A DNA stretch of 64,000 nucleotides from NCBI GenBank assembly GCA_013265495.1, contig MU057576.1, positions 96,982-160,981 of the forward strand, given 5' to 3'. How positions within the stretch are numbered: position 1 is the first letter of the stretch; each line of letters starts with the position of its first letter. This DNA is from Vicugna vicugna. Taxonomy: Eukaryota. The translations under genes and the position numbers were made by a program. Shown here one piece after another: positions 12,201 to 25,421 of the stretch. The notes under the pieces were generated by a model that made no database searches, was not told the DNA's origin, and worked only from the letters and a program-made list of their open reading frames with translations.

Positions 12201-13599
12201 TTGCGGAGGCTTTTGGATTTTGTGGCTGGGGGGAGTGGTTTCTCGTTGTGTTTTCTTGTTTGTTTTTGTTTGGTTTGTGTGTGCTGGAATAGAGTACATA
12301 AAAAAGTAGGTTCATTCTTTCCCACCACTTCTGCTTAAATTCACCATGTGGGTTTGTTCTTTTCCCCACTCCAGATGCAATTGCTGGCACTTTTCCAGCT
12401 ACTCCTAGATAATTAAAAAAACAAAACAAAACAGAAAATAACAGTGACATTCAGTTATAAGAAAAACCTCACTTTGGTGACTCAACACTCCATCCAACGT
12501 AGGAGCTAAATCTCCAGTTTCATCTGATGTCAACCCTCTCCCTTCCCTGTCAGTCTAGGCCTGTCATCTGCAGGTCGGTGCTGTTGGGGGACGTGAGGTT
12601 GGCAGCTCTCCCTTCTCCACTCACCTCCCCCAGTCTCTTACCGGCCAGAGCTCCCGGCCCACCCGCCCCACCTTAGAGTGCAGGGGAGGAGGGGCTGTAG
12701 AGAGAGGTGGTCTTCTGTGGCTGCTGCAGAGGTAACGGAGCCTGATTCTCTGGGTGTGACAGACGCAGAGCTTCCAGATGTTTTACAGACAGCTGTCAGA
12801 AGGTTTGATGTTTCTTTGTTTCCCTCCCTTTTTGGAGCTCTTCCACTGGGGGCCCATAGCTGTGTCTCCCTTGCACCAGGAGCTGCCTCTCGTCTGGCTG
12901 TGGACAACCTCTCCCTCAGGCCCACTCATTCACTCCGTTCGGATCACATGGTGCCATCAGGAAATCCTCCTGGGTGGAACCCAAAACAACGCGAGGCTCC
13001 TCTGCGGTCCAAACAGAACCCACCTCTTGTCCCCTCAAAACATGCATCTTCGCTCCACAGCTACTGAAAATGCAGCACAGTTCTAAGGGAGCCATCTCTC
13101 TTCACTCAACCCCCAGGTAGGCAGTTCTAAAATAGCCTTTTCACCATCTCCAGGTAGAAATGGATGCATCTTCATTTCTAACAAATGCCAGGCAACAGGC
13201 TCCAGCTCTCTGGGAGACGGCCGTGAAGTCCGCTCACTTGGCAAAGCACACTGACAACATTCTCCGAAGAAATCCCTCAGCCTCGCTACACCCACTGCTC
13301 TTACTGGCCAGGAGAGGGTTGGTAATACAGCCAATCCTCTCTTGCAATCTCTCAGCACAGCCTACAAAGGCAACTGAGTGTAAATATAAGGCATTTTGCA
13401 GGACTTTGAACCTCACTCAAAAGGAAGGAAGAGAACCACTTTAACATGTTATTGCATATCCATATATCCAGGGATGAGCGGGAAATTTACCTCTCTTTGT
13501 ATACCCTTTTAGGTTTTCAATCATTTTAAAAATGCCATGTATTACTTTTAAAATTAAACAAAAATATAGTTAATACATTTTAAAATATGAGGGAGCTTT

Positions 13600-14020
13600 G
13601 TAGACCTCAAGATCAAAGAAGACTTCATTGATACCATGGTAAGTGAAACACTTAACAGTTACAAAATATGTTAGAAGAAATTATCTCATTTATATAGCAA
13701 CCAAAGAGAGAAAACTCAAGACATGGGCAAAATCTGTCAAAGTTAAACTTTACAGTTCTACTGAGGAACATAAGAGAATAATTGAATGAATGGAAAAAGA
13801 TACTCTTCTTGAAAGACTTAATAATTTAAAGATCTCTAAATTAAACAATAAAATTATATGACCTCAATAAAATGTCAATAGGACTTGGGAGGATGTAAGC
13901 GGGGAGACTAGGCAAGCTGATTACAAAATTCATATGAGAAAAGAAAGTGAAAGATGGGCCAGGAAAATTCTTTGAGGCCAACCAGATAGCAGAACATTTT
14001 GTAGTGTTCTGGGTAATTAA
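13600..14020 (+). mobile_element. Old L1 ORF2 remnant
   Basis: gaatgaatggaaaaagatactc...aagctgattacaaaattcatatg. Confidence 0.6.
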
Positions 14021-14037
14021 AACCATTTGGGAGACTT

Positions 14038-14734
14038 TTTTTTCATTGACGTATAGTTGACTTACAATGTTGTGTTACTTTCTGGTGCACAGCATAGTGA
14101 TTTAATTATATATTCTTTTTTATATGCTTTTTTATTATAGATTATTATAAGCCATTGAATATAGTTCCCTGTGCTATACAGTAGGACCTTATTGTTTATC
14201 TGTTCTGCATATAGTAGTTTCTACATGCTAATCCCGAACTCCTAATTTATCCCTCCCCTCTCCCTTTCCCCTTTAGGAATCATAAGTTTGTTTTCTATGT
14301 CTATGAGCCTATTTCTGCTTTGTAAATAAGTTCATTTGTGTCATTTTTTTAGTTTCCACATACAAGTGATATCATATGATATTTTTCTTCCTCTTTCTAG
14401 CCTACTTCACTTAGAATGACAATTTCTGGATCCATCCATATTGTTGTAAATGGCATTATTTTATTCTTCTTTATGGCTGAATAGTATTCCACTGTATAAA
14501 TATAACACAACTTCTTGACCTAGTCATCTGTTGATGGACATGTAGGCTGCTTTCATGTCTTAGCTATTATAAATAGTGCTGCTATGAACACTGGGGTGCA
14601 TTTATGTTTTTGAATTGGCATTTTCTCTGGATATATGCCCATGAGTGGGATTGCTGGATCATATAATAAGTCTATTTAGTTTTTTAAGGAATCTCAATAC
14701 TGTCGTCCACAGCAGCTGTACCAAATTACATTCC
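14038..14734 (-). mobile_element. 5'-truncated L1 (artiodactyl/camelid type)
   Basis: Poly(T), 3' UTR and ORF2 end; TSD tgggagactt/tgagagactt. Confidence 0.9.
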
Positions 14735-15237
14735 TATCTGAGAGACTTCTGAGCAAACACAACCATTGGAATACCACCAAAAGAACAGTGAAGTAATAAA
14801 ACTGTAAACCAAAAATCTGAAGAGAATGGGAGGAACAAAGGAAGCTATAAATTGGATGTTTTATGGAGTAGAGAAAGATAAGAATGAGGTACGGTTTTCC
14901 CCTCCAGACCCTAGAAAAGAACACAGAGGAATAATGTTTTGAGGAAGGTAAGAATGAAGCAAGGGGCTGAAAACATAGAGATTGCTTGAAAATCTATTTA
15001 CAGGGAGATTTGAATCTCCCGCACCCCTACCCCAAGCCTGCCAGGGTAAATAATGTCCCTACTCTCCCACCAGATACCATTGATTTCTGCAAAAACAGAA
15101 ATTAAATCTAAAATGACTTTCAATTGAGCATCTAGCCTATGCCCAGCCAAACTATCAAGTCAACACGATGTTAGAGTAAAGACATTTTCAGACATGCAAT
15201 GACTCAGAGAACTTCCTGTCCTGAGGATGTAAGTGCC

Positions 15238-16132
15238 TGTGATACTGTCATTTATGATAAGAAATAGATATTTGGTCTTTGTCCCTGTTCCTGGCACGGA
15301 GCTCCTAAAACCCTTAGAATTTCCTAAGTGTTGAGCCCACGAGGAGCAGCATTTGGTCTCATATTTGGTCTTTGACCCCAGTTCCTGAAACAGGGTTCCT
15401 AAATCCCCTGGAATTTCCTAGATGATAGAAAATCTGTACTAATAAGGCACCTCTTGCTGGGCTCCTGGATGGGGTCTGGTCACTAGAAAGTCCGAGCCTT
15501 AAGGGTGCTTGGAATTTTCAGTCTCACCCCCACCGCATTCTCAGGAGAGAGAAGAGGGGCTGCAAATGGAGTTAATAATCCATACCTCTGTGAGGACGCC
15601 TCCACAGCATCCCAAGAGTAGGAGGTTCAGAGAGCTCCCAGGTCGGTAGGCGCACTTCCAGCCCCACAAGGACAGAAGCTCCTGTGCTGAGGGCCCTCCT
15701 GGACCTCAGCCCACGTGTCTCTTCATCTGCTGTCTCTCTGTGCGCTTTATCATGTCCATTAATAAACTGGTAAACCTAAGTGTTTCCCCTGAGTTCTGAG
15801 TGACGCTAGCAAATTAATTGAATCTGGGGAAGAGGGGGTCATGGAAACCTCAGATTTATAGCTGATAGATCATAAACACAGTTAAAACCTGGACCTGCGA
15901 TTGGCATAATAGGTGAGGGCAGTCCTGTGGAGCTGAGCCCTTAACCTTTGGGGTCTGACACTGTCTTCAGATAGATCGTGTCAGAATGGAGCTAAGTTGT
16001 AGGTCACTCAGTCAGTGTCACAGAAAGTTGTTTGGTGGGAGAAAAACCCCACATACCTTGTGTCAAGAGTGTTGTGAGTGTGTTAAAAGTAAAGAAGAAA
16101 CACAAGGGGAAAGACAGGTTTTTCCCTAAACA
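15238..16132 (+). mobile_element. MER21-like LTR
   Basis: Starts tgtgatactgt...tttggtctttgtccctgttcctggcacggagctcctaaaacccttagaatttcctaagtg; AATAAA at 15761; ends ...ccctaaaca. Confidence 0.85.
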
Positions 16133-16263
16133 CCGTCTCAAACTTTCCTGAGCAAAAGAACCACATAGGGATCTTATCACACTGAACATCCTGATTCAGA
16201 TCCTAGTGTTACTAGTACTGTTCGTCCCTGGACAATTCACTGGGTGGCAAGATGCCACAGTAG

Positions 16264-16710
16264 CAGTTTTCCAAGTGTGGCCAAGGGACCTTTGGAACCT
16301 TTTCAGGGATCACTGAGGTCTTTGCTTTTCCAGCTACATACCTGCGTTGTGAACAGATTTTCTCCATACACTACAGCTAAAGTACTTCATTGCAACAGGT
16401 CTGAGCAGCCAGCCGGCTTCTATTCAGCCAGACATGAAAGAGATTTGCAGAAATGTAAAACAATACCTCTCTTCTCAGTATTTTTTATTTTAAAAACCTA
16501 AATGTTTCAGAAAGAATTTATTTATAATAATATATAATGCATTTTATTGCTATTTTGAAACAAACTGATGAATATTTTTAAAATCTCTTAGCTTTAATTT
16601 CTAACATGGTGAATGTTAATAGGTATAATCACAACAAACATTCTTTGGGGTCATAAATAATTTTTAAGAGCGTGAAAGGCTCCTGAGACCAACATGTTTG
16701 AAAACAGCTG
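16264..16710. mobile_element. hAT-Charlie (Charlie4a-like) non-autonomous element
   Basis: Terminal motifs cagttttccaagtgtggcc and ctcctgagaccaacatgtttgaaaacagctg; internal aagagatttgcagaaatgtaaaacaat. Confidence 0.75.
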
Positions 16711-16804
16711 TACTGGAGAATATGCTCCAGGAGAAAATCAAAGGGCCTGGAAAGCGGGACTCCAGCACAAGGAAGACGAGAGTGAAGCCCATGGCGACAG
16801 CTTC

Positions 16805-17370
16805 ACTAGTTTTCTCTTGTGATGTAACAAATTACCACAAATGCAGCAGCTTAAAACAACACAAGTTTATTACCTCACAGCTCAGGTACAGCACAGTTTA
16901 CCTGGTTCTTTGCTGAGAGTCTCACAAAGTCAAAATCAAGACGTGAGAGGGCGCACTCCTTTCTGGAGGCCCTAGGGATGATTCTGCTTCCAACCTGATT
17001 GAGGTTGTTGGCAGAATTCTGTTCCTCTGGTTGTGGGACTGAGGTCCCTGACTCCTTGGGCTTGGTGTCAGCGTCTAGGCCACCCCCAGAAGTTCAAGTC
17101 CTTCTCATTCTTCAAATCTCCCTGTCCTCCCCTTCGGCCTCATCTTTCCTGTCATATCTCTCTGACCAACTTTCTGCCTCCCTCTTCTGCTTTAAGGGCA
17201 CATATGGCTACACTGGGCCCACAAGGTGATCTCCCTATTTTGAGGTCAGCTCATTAGTGACCGTAATAGCATCTGCAAAGTCCCCCACGGTAGTACCATG
17301 ACTGAGTATTTGCTTGAATAAATAGTAGATTGGCATCTTGGGGAACATCTTTACAATTCTGTCTACCACA
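16805..17370 (-). mobile_element. MLT1 (D/E-like) MaLR LTR
   Basis: gtaacaaattaccacaaatgcagcagcttaaaacaacacaagtttatt...attctgtctaccaca. Confidence 0.85.
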
Positions 17371-17852
17371 ACAGAAAAAGAAAATTTCCAGATGACAGCA
17401 GTAGCTGGACTAGGGCCCAAGCAGTCCAGATTGCAGCCAGCAGACAGAGGAAAATTAAATTAAATTAAATTAAATTCAAAAGTTAAAATAACAAAATAAA
17501 CAGATAGGTTTGAGCATATGACAAATTTTCCCTAAAGACATGGTACAAAAATGTTAGATTATTTAGATAAACTTAGCAAGAAGCTTGTAGAAACCAAGAC
17601 AAATGATAAATCAATGTGCTTCTCACTACAGAACAAAATGAGGAATTTTTTTAAAGGTGGCTCTGCAATCCCTGGCCTGAAATGTGAGCCAGTGGGTGTG
17701 GGCCAGGACTGGCTGCTGGATCTCAGTCTTTCACAAACAAACCCAGGGACAGGACTGGGGCTGACTGCCCAGAGGCAGCCTCAGAAGACTGGAGTGTGGT
17801 GCAGGCTGTGGGTTGGAATGTGTGCAGAACAGAACAGCCCAGAACCCCCATT

Positions 17853-17856
<4 letters not shown>

Positions 17857-17884
<28 letters not shown>
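17857..17884. repeat. (CA)14 microsatellite
   Basis: Perfect run. Confidence 0.95.
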
Positions 17885-17885
<1 letters not shown>

Positions 17886-18454
17886 CTGCTGGTACACAAC
17901 AATGCAGCCAGGCCACAGCCGCTAACCCAGAGAACATTGCTTGGCACCACTGTTGGCTCACATTCTCACGAGAAGAGGGGGGGTTCAGAAATAGCCATCT
18001 TTTCCACACAATCACTGGTTTGCAGCTCCCTGGAGGAGGTGGAGCTGAAACCTGAATCCATACCCAGAGATGCCTCAACTTCATGGGCAGGACTGAGGTT
18101 TGATTCCAGCCCCAAGCAGCAGTGGTGGATTTGCTCCATTGGAGCCTTTGTGGATGTGCACTTCTAAGATGAACGAATGTATTTCTGGTACGTGACGGGG
18201 ATGAGTTTGGCATTAACAGTGGGACTGTGTACCATATGCTAATGCAGAGCTGGGGTCTGCGCTAAATCTGTGTCCCACCATGGATCCAGGTGTGAGGCTG
18301 CATGCATGCTATGCTGGGTCCTAGTGCTTAACATTGGCAGATCTTCGCTGGTGGCTCTGTGGGTGCAGAACCTAGGGGGCTACCAGAGTGGGTTGCCAAT
18401 GTTCCCATGGCTGAGGCAGGGACAAGGGCAGTGTCAACAAAGAGTACTTGTAAT

Positions 18455-19639
18455 AAACCTTAGCAATGTTTTCCCAGACAATAGAAATAAAAGCAAAAAT
18501 TAACAAATTGGACCTAATTAAACTTATAAGCTTTTGCACAGCAAAGGATACCATAAGCAAAGCAAAAAGACAACCTATGGAATTGGAGAAAATATTTGCA
18601 AATGATGTAACTGATAAGGGCTTAATTTCAGAATATGTAAACAGCTCATACAGCTTAATAACAACAACAAAAAAAAAACAACCTAATCCAAAAATGTGCA
18701 GAAGACCTAAACAAGCAATTCTCCAATGAAGATATAAAAATGGCCAATAGGCACATGAAAAAACGCTCAGTGTCACTAACTATCAGAGAAATGCAAATTA
18801 AGACTACAAATGAGATATCACCTCACAACAGTCAGAAAGGCCATCATCCAAATGGTCATGCACAATAAATGCTGGGAGGGTGTGGAGAAAAGGGAACCCT
18901 CCTACACTGCTGGTGGGAATGTGGTTTGGTGCAGCCATTATGGAAAACAGTATGGAGATTCCTCAAAAAACTAAAAATAGACTCAGCCTATGATCCAGCA
19001 ATCCCACTCTTGGGCGTATATCCGGAGGGAACTCTAATTCAAAAAGATACATGCATCCCAGTGTTCATAGCAGCACTATTTACAATAGCCAAGGCAAAGA
19101 AACAACCTAAATGTCCATCAACAGATGACTGGATAAAGCAGTTGTGGTATATTTATATAATGGAATACTACTCAGCCATAAGAAAGAATAAAATAATGCC
19201 ATTTGTAACAACATGAATAGACCAAGAGATTGTCATTCTAAGTGAAGTAAGCTGGAAAGAAAATGAAAAATACCATATGATATCACTCATATGTGGAATC
19301 TAAAAAAAAAAAAAGAAAACACTAATGAACTTATCTACAAAACAGAAATAGACTCACAGACATAGTAAAAGAAAAAAAAACATGGTTACCGGGGGAAAGA
19401 GGGTGGGAAGGAATAAATTGGGAGCTTGAGATTTACAGGTGCTAACCACGATATATAAAACAGATAAACAACAGGTTTCTTTTGTATAGCACAGGGAACT
19501 ATATTCAATATCTTGTAGTAACCTATAATGAAAAAAAATATAAAAATGAACGTATGTATATACATGTATGATTGATATATTATGATGTACACCAGAAATT
19601 GACACGTTGTCATTGACTGCACTTCAATTAAAAAAAAAG
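18455..19639 (+). mobile_element. 5'-truncated L1 (ORF2 C-terminus plus 3' UTR)
   Basis: ORFs 18466-18729 ([20 protein letters not shown]) and 18869-19216 ([15 protein letters not shown]...YDPAIPLLG) are ORF2p C-terminal fragments; ends in poly(A). Confidence 0.93.
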
Positions 19640-20019
19640 AAGGCCCAATCATCCTGAACCTCTTGGCCATGGAATAATTTCTGCCCACTCCTAATAATGT
19701 AAACACTGACTTAACAACAAGCAAAATATCTAAAGATGGTGAGGGTGAAAGAAGGGTAAGAGGTATTTAAGGTGTTGAAATAACAACTCGAGAAATATCT
19801 AACTATGATGTGAGTGAAAGATGGGCGGTGGTTAAGGAAGGCGATGGATAAATTTAAAATGGCAGTATAAATCTATTGCTTAGAAATATGGAATTAAATA
19901 ATAAAGAGGAAACTAGAAGAGCTGAAGGTGGCTGTCTCTGAGGAGCATGACTGGGAAGGGAGTGGGTAAGGCATGGCTGTTTCTCATTATAAACCTTCAG
20001 CAGAGTGCCCGGCATTCTC

Positions 20020-20444
20020 TCCCTGCTCTGCATGTACACTGTCTGTTTCCCATCTTCTCGTCACTCTTCTCTGCCCTGCTCTGAGCCTCATAAGGCTGAC
20101 CGTGTTGCTCCTTTGCCCCTGGGTGCTGGTTGAATTCAGCCACTGAGAGGCACTGCAGAGATAAAAGTTTGGAAAGAGGAAGGGATTTCCTGCAATGTGG
20201 CAACCTCCCTGCCCTGGGGGGATGTGTCCGGGCAGGGGATGCATTTCTCCTCCAAGCTCCAGCTCTCACCGGCTCTTGTGCAGTATTCCCTCCTCTTACG
20301 CCTTCAGATCCAGGAATGAGAACAGCTGCTCAATGTCCCTTTTTGTGAATCTTAAACCCACTCAAACCTCTGAAAAGTGTCCCCTTACTAAAGTCTCCTG
20401 AATTTCTTGAGTGTTTTAGTTTTCTGCCAGGACCCTGACAGATA
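20020..20444 (+). mobile_element. LTR33-like (ERVL) LTR
   Basis: ctgccctgctctg...ggttgaattcagcca...ccccttactaaagtctcct...ctgccaggaccctgacagata. Confidence 0.65.
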
Positions 20445-20529
20445 AAAGTATTACACTGCATGACTTTTTAAAATTTTGTACATGCCCAAATTATATTCTA
20501 AAAAAACCCTGATGGCCCATTTTCTTTAA

Positions 20530-20886
20530 AAATGTCAAAATCATGAATAACAATGTCTGAATATCTGATACAGATTTAAAAAGATTTAAAAAAAGGCATT
20601 ATTATTTTTTATCTAGAAAACTAGATAAAAGGAGGTATCCTGGATTGCATCTGGATAAGAAAAAATTATGAGAATTACTTTAAAAGCCATTATTGAGATG
20701 GACAATTGACAGAATTTTTTAAAATCCAGACATTTGATAATAGCACTGTAACAAAGTTAAATTTCCTGATTTTTATCTTTGTCTCATGGTTAATTAAGTG
20801 AGTGAATGCCCTTGTTCTTAGAAAATAGTTTCTGTAGTATTTAGGAGTTCAGGGGCATCATGTCTGTAATTTGCCCTTAAATAGTT
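20530..20886 (+). mobile_element. L1MC-like 3' remnant (interrupted by a young L1)
   Basis: gttaaatttcctgattttt...gaatgcccttgttcttagaaaata...gtatttagg...ggggcatcatgtctgtaa. Confidence 0.7.
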
Positions 20887-21593
20887 TGTTTTTAATTTTT
20901 TTTTTACATTTTTTATTGATTCATAATCATTTTACAGTGTTGTGTCAAATTCCAGTGTTCAGCACAATTTTTTAGTCATTCATGGACATATACACACTCA
21001 TTGTCACATTTTTTTCTCTGTGATTTATCATAACATTTTGTGTATATTTCCCTGTGCTATACAGTGTAATCTTGTTTATCTATTCTACAATTTTGAAATC
21101 CCAGTCTATCCCTTCCCACCCTCTACCCCCCTCGACCGGTAACCACAAGTCTGTATTCTCTGTCCATGAGTCTATTTCTGTCCTGTATTTATGCTTTGTT
21201 TTTGTTTGTTTTTGTTTTTTAGATTCCACATATGAGTGATCTCATATGGTATTTTTCTTTCTCTTTCTGGCTTACTTCACTTAGAATGACATTCTCCAGG
21301 AGCATCCATGTTGCTGCAAATGGCATTATGTTGTCGGTTTTTATGGCTGAGTAGTATTCCATTGTATAAATATACCACATCTTCTTTATCCAGTCACCTG
21401 TTGATGGACATTTAGGCTGTTTCCATGTTTTGGCTATTGTAAATAGTGCTGCTATGAACATTGGGGTGCAGGTGTCATCCTGAAGTAGATTTCCTTCTGG
21501 ATACAAGCCCAGGAGTGGGATTCCTGGGTCATATGGTAAGTCTATTCCTAGTCTTTTGAGGAATCTCCACACTGTTTTCCATAGTGGCTGCAC
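20887..21593 (-). mobile_element. Young 5'-truncated L1
   Basis: Perfect 15-bp TSD tgcccttaaatagtt (20872-20886/21594-21608); open ORF2 C-terminus at 21219-21593. Confidence 0.95.
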
Positions 21594-21847
21594 TGCCCTT
21601 AAATAGTTGAGAGTAAAAATTGTATAATAATAATATATATATTAAAGAGTGATAAAGAAAATAAGAATCTAGATGAAAGCAGTATGAGGGTTCTTGGTAC
21701 TAGACTTACAACTTAAGTTTGAAATTATTTCAAAATGTAAAGTTTTAAAAAAGTTATATGAGTTATTTTGACAAAAGAGAAATAATTTGATACTCGTACA
21801 TGAACAGATCAATGAAACAGAACAGAGAATCCATAAATACATATGTC

Positions 21848-22355
21848 TGTGAATGGAAAATATTGCTGGCCACATCAGTAAACAAAGAATTCTGCGACCA
21901 TCAAGTCATCGGCTGCTACCGCTACCCCCATGACAGTGAGTGGAGGGAACTCAGGATGCAGACAAGTAGGTAGCCTACCTCTGCAGCCACCCCAGCAGTG
22001 CCCCCTGAGGGAACTCAGGATGTGGAAGAGCAGGACACTGGCCCTAGATAGCCAGGTGCATATCAAAGGAATGATTTCAATGAGCCCAGACCTTTGCACC
22101 TTCCCAGTACATAGAAAAGCACTAAGTTCCTTAACTCGAGATGTCTGGTTTTCTTTAATTAACAGTAATCCTTAGAGGTTCCAATTACCTGGTCATTCTT
22201 GTAAATCCTCGTGCATCCTGGCTTCTACTTTGCCACACTGGAACTGCCTCTTAGAGACATCTGAGATGCTGTGTCCTGGGCTCGAGTCCTCAGAAAATCT
22301 ACCGAATGAAACGTAACACTCAGCTTTTAGGTTGTGCATTTTATTTCAGTCAACG
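21848..22355 (+). mobile_element. ERV1-type solo LTR, family A (5 copies in the window)
   Basis: tgtgaatggaaaatattg...ttaggttgtgcattttatttcagtcaac; near-TSD tgtc/tatc; inserted in an old L1 remnant. Confidence 0.88.
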
Positions 22356-22689
22356 TATCCCCGCATGTATAGAATTTAATCCATTAAAAGGGTGGCATCT
22401 CAAAGCATCATGTGCTGAGGGTAGGAGTGGGGAAGGTTTATTTTTTCAAATGATATATGAAAAACTAAGTAGCCATCCAGAAAAGAAGTAACATTGGCTC
22501 CCTATGTCACTCTATAGGCCAAATTAAATTCCAGATGGATAAAAAGCTTAAGCACTGAAAGAAAACTTTAAAATACTAGAAAAAGAAAAACCACGAGCGA
22601 GTAGGAGATTAGCGGGACCACCTCTGTAGGAGTCAAAGTCCCCACACACGTGCACATCTGGTCCTTCTGCAGGGGCTGCCGTCTCCTGA

Positions 22690-23102
22690 CTAGCCCTGGC
22701 CCATCCTGTGACTGGACCTTTATGTAGAGAATTAATGGTGCAAAGATGGGAGGGGGCAGGGGTGGCGGCAGCTGGACAGAATTTGTTGATAAGGGGTAGT
22801 GGTGACAGCAGCAAGCAGCCCTGACTGAGGCTGAGGGAAGGGCACAGCTGAGGAGTCCCTGCTCCGAGGACAGCTGAGGTGTCCTCACCAGACCTGCCCT
22901 GTGGGGGCATCTGGCTGTGCTGCTGGGTGCCCAGCTTCCCGTTCCTCCCGCCCACTTGCCAAGCCTGATTCTCCTGCTTACAGCCTACTGCCCGCTCCCT
23001 CCTGCTACTGATTCTAAGAGCTACTTGACATTGAATTCCTTCCCTGTTGAAAATCAACCATGGCTCATTTCTATTGCTTACCACTTAGAAGGCTAACCAT
23101 AC
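22690..23102 (+). mobile_element. Old MLT1 (K/I-like) LTR
   Basis: 3' end ...aattccttccctgttgaaaatcaaccatggctcatttctattgcttaccacttagaaggctaaccatac. Confidence 0.55.
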
Positions 23103-23499
23103 ACACACACTCACACACACACACTCACGTATATTCGTTTTTACATAAATGGTATGTGTATGTCTAGATATCTATATTGATATCTAATTGATAAATGACA
23201 TATATGCCATTATATGGCTTGTTTTTTTTTTCCTCTTTTGCCTTAAAATTATACATGTATAAATATGAAAACCCTTACAGAAGGCTGGCAGGCTAACAGC
23301 ACACTGCTAAGTTACCTATGGGGACAGGGAGCTTAGTGGTGGAGCTTAACTCAAGGGAACTTCCACTTTTTAATCTATCTTCTGTGTTAAATTTTTTATA
23401 GTTATTATAGATTCACAGAGTACTTTTCAAAATAAGAAATATTTTACCACAATTTATTTTCAAACAAATCTTTTACTTGTTTTACTCGAGAGCCCAAGT

Positions 23500-23955
23500 G
23501 GGGAGGGTGGGCATGAAGCAGGCAGACCTGGTCCCCAGCCTCGTGAAGCTGGCTGTCTCCTGGGAAACCGGGGCTGGGAAATAAGCACTGATTCAAGAGA
23601 GGGGGCCCTGTGATGAGGAGAGACGGGGCGTGTGGGAGCACAGGGCAAGGGCACCGAGCCTCACCTACAGGGTGGCCTGGAAAAGTTTCTCAGCCTTAGA
23701 CTCAAAAAACGAGTAGGACTCAGGAGGCAAATGAGGGAGTGGAGAATGAGTGGGAAAGTATATCTGGTGGAGGAAACAGCCCCTGCCAAGCCAGAGCCCA
23801 CGGCTCCCACGGGAAACCCGGAGTGGCTGGAGCACGAGGAGGCGGGGAGGAGAAGTGAGCACAGAGAGACAGGCCAGGTCCCATCAGAGACCTTGCAAAG
23901 TCTTATTAAGCGTCTGGACTTTATCCTAGAGGGAAACACGGATCCGTAGAGGACA
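23500..23955 (-). mobile_element. L2 fragment
   Basis: cagacctggtccccagcctcgtgaagct...gaggaaacagcccctgccaag...tggactttatcctagaggg. Confidence 0.7.
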
Positions 23956-24050
23956 GAGGCGGAAAGGCTGAGGGACTCGCCTTTAACGTGATCAGCTAAT
24001 CAGCATTTCCTGCTCCAGACTGTATCACTGTATCAGCTGGGAAGTATGAC

Positions 24051-24228
24051 TTTTTTTTTCATACAGACTTAATTTTTTTTAGAGCCATTTCAGGTTTACA
24101 GCAGACTTGAGCAGAAAATATAGAATTTGCACATAGCCCTCCCCACCCTCACGTATATACTCCCCTGCCCTCAACATCCATCCCTCATCAGTTGGTACAA
24201 TCGATGAGCCAACGTGGGCACATTATTA
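24051..24228 (-). mobile_element. Short L1 3' fragment (L1MC-like terminus)
   Basis: Poly(T); ttttagagccatttcaggtttacagcagacttgagcagaaa; perfect 13-bp TSD tgggaagtatgac. Confidence 0.85.
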
Positions 24229-25120
24229 TGGGAAGTATGACATTCTTATTCTCATTGTCTCATAACTGCAACATTTTTTCTCACCTTTTAGAAAACTGGG
24301 TGGTGTTTTCCTAGTGGCAAGAAGGAAGACCATGCACCCATCTGTCCCCGCTTGTGGCTCTTGGCTCTCATCGCCACCTTTAATAGACACTTCCCTCCAG
24401 GGCTGACATACCACCATTCCTAAACCACTAGCTATACAGAATGATGAGAACCAAACCCAGAACCAGCCCAGCCCTTTCCGGAAGTTTAGTGTGGAGGGAC
24501 CCCTTGTGAAGCCCTCCCTGGGCAAGTCCGTTCAGCCACACTAGGCCCTGCAGGGCCGGGGCTGCATCTGAGAACATCAGCGCATGCCCCCATTGACACC
24601 CCCACTGGCCCTTGCTAGTAACTCACGCTGACCTACTGGCGCCGGCTGGCACATTCACCCTCCCCTCCCTGCCTCCCAGTGCCACCGTCATTGCAGGTGG
24701 CTCTTGCCTTTTGCCCAAACACCTGCTTCCAGGCCACAGTCTCTCTTATGCCCTGAGCTCGAGGGTTTTCCATGACAGCGAGCTCTGCTGGGAATTCTAT
24801 CTCTGTTTCTGTCACGGCTGATGCTTTCTCTACTAGGACACAAGTTCTGACTTGCAGCAGTTTTGTAAACTGCTTTGTGAAATCACTGATTCATGTCGCT
24901 TGCAATTAGGAATGATAATTAGAAGAAAACCAACTTAGCTTCTTGCTTTTGGCATGCACCTAGTGCCAGTGGCACGAGAAGGATCCAGAAATTGTCCCTA
25001 AGATTCCATCCAGCACCCATCTGGCATAAAACCAAAGCTCCGAAGGCACGTAAGAAATACTATCACCCACTGTTTTGAAATAGAGTCTTACAGTTGTTTA
25101 TTCTGAAATCACACATTTCC

Positions 25121-25421
25121 TTTTTTTTTTTTTTTTTTTTGCATCAACAGTCACTTTATTTTGGGGGGAGAATCTCATTATTTTTTAAAAAACATCTTTA
25201 TTGTGATATAATTCCTGTAATAAACTACACATATTTCAGACGTACAATGTGATGAGTTTTGATAGATGTATGGATACACCAATGAAACCACCACCACAAT
25301 GAAGATAGCTAACATTTCCATCACTCCCCAAGAGGTGTAAATTTTTAATTCCCAATTTATCGCTCCCCACCTCCTTTACCTCCCGGTGACCGTAAGTTTT
25401 TTCTTTATGTCTATGAGCCTG
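25121..25421 (-). mobile_element. L1-mobilised chimeric retrocopy (young L1 piece, old L1 terminus, unique tail, poly(A))
   Basis: T20 at 25121-25140; AATAAA (minus) at 25155-25160; TSD tgaaatcacacatttc/tgaaatcacgcatttc. Confidence 0.8.
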
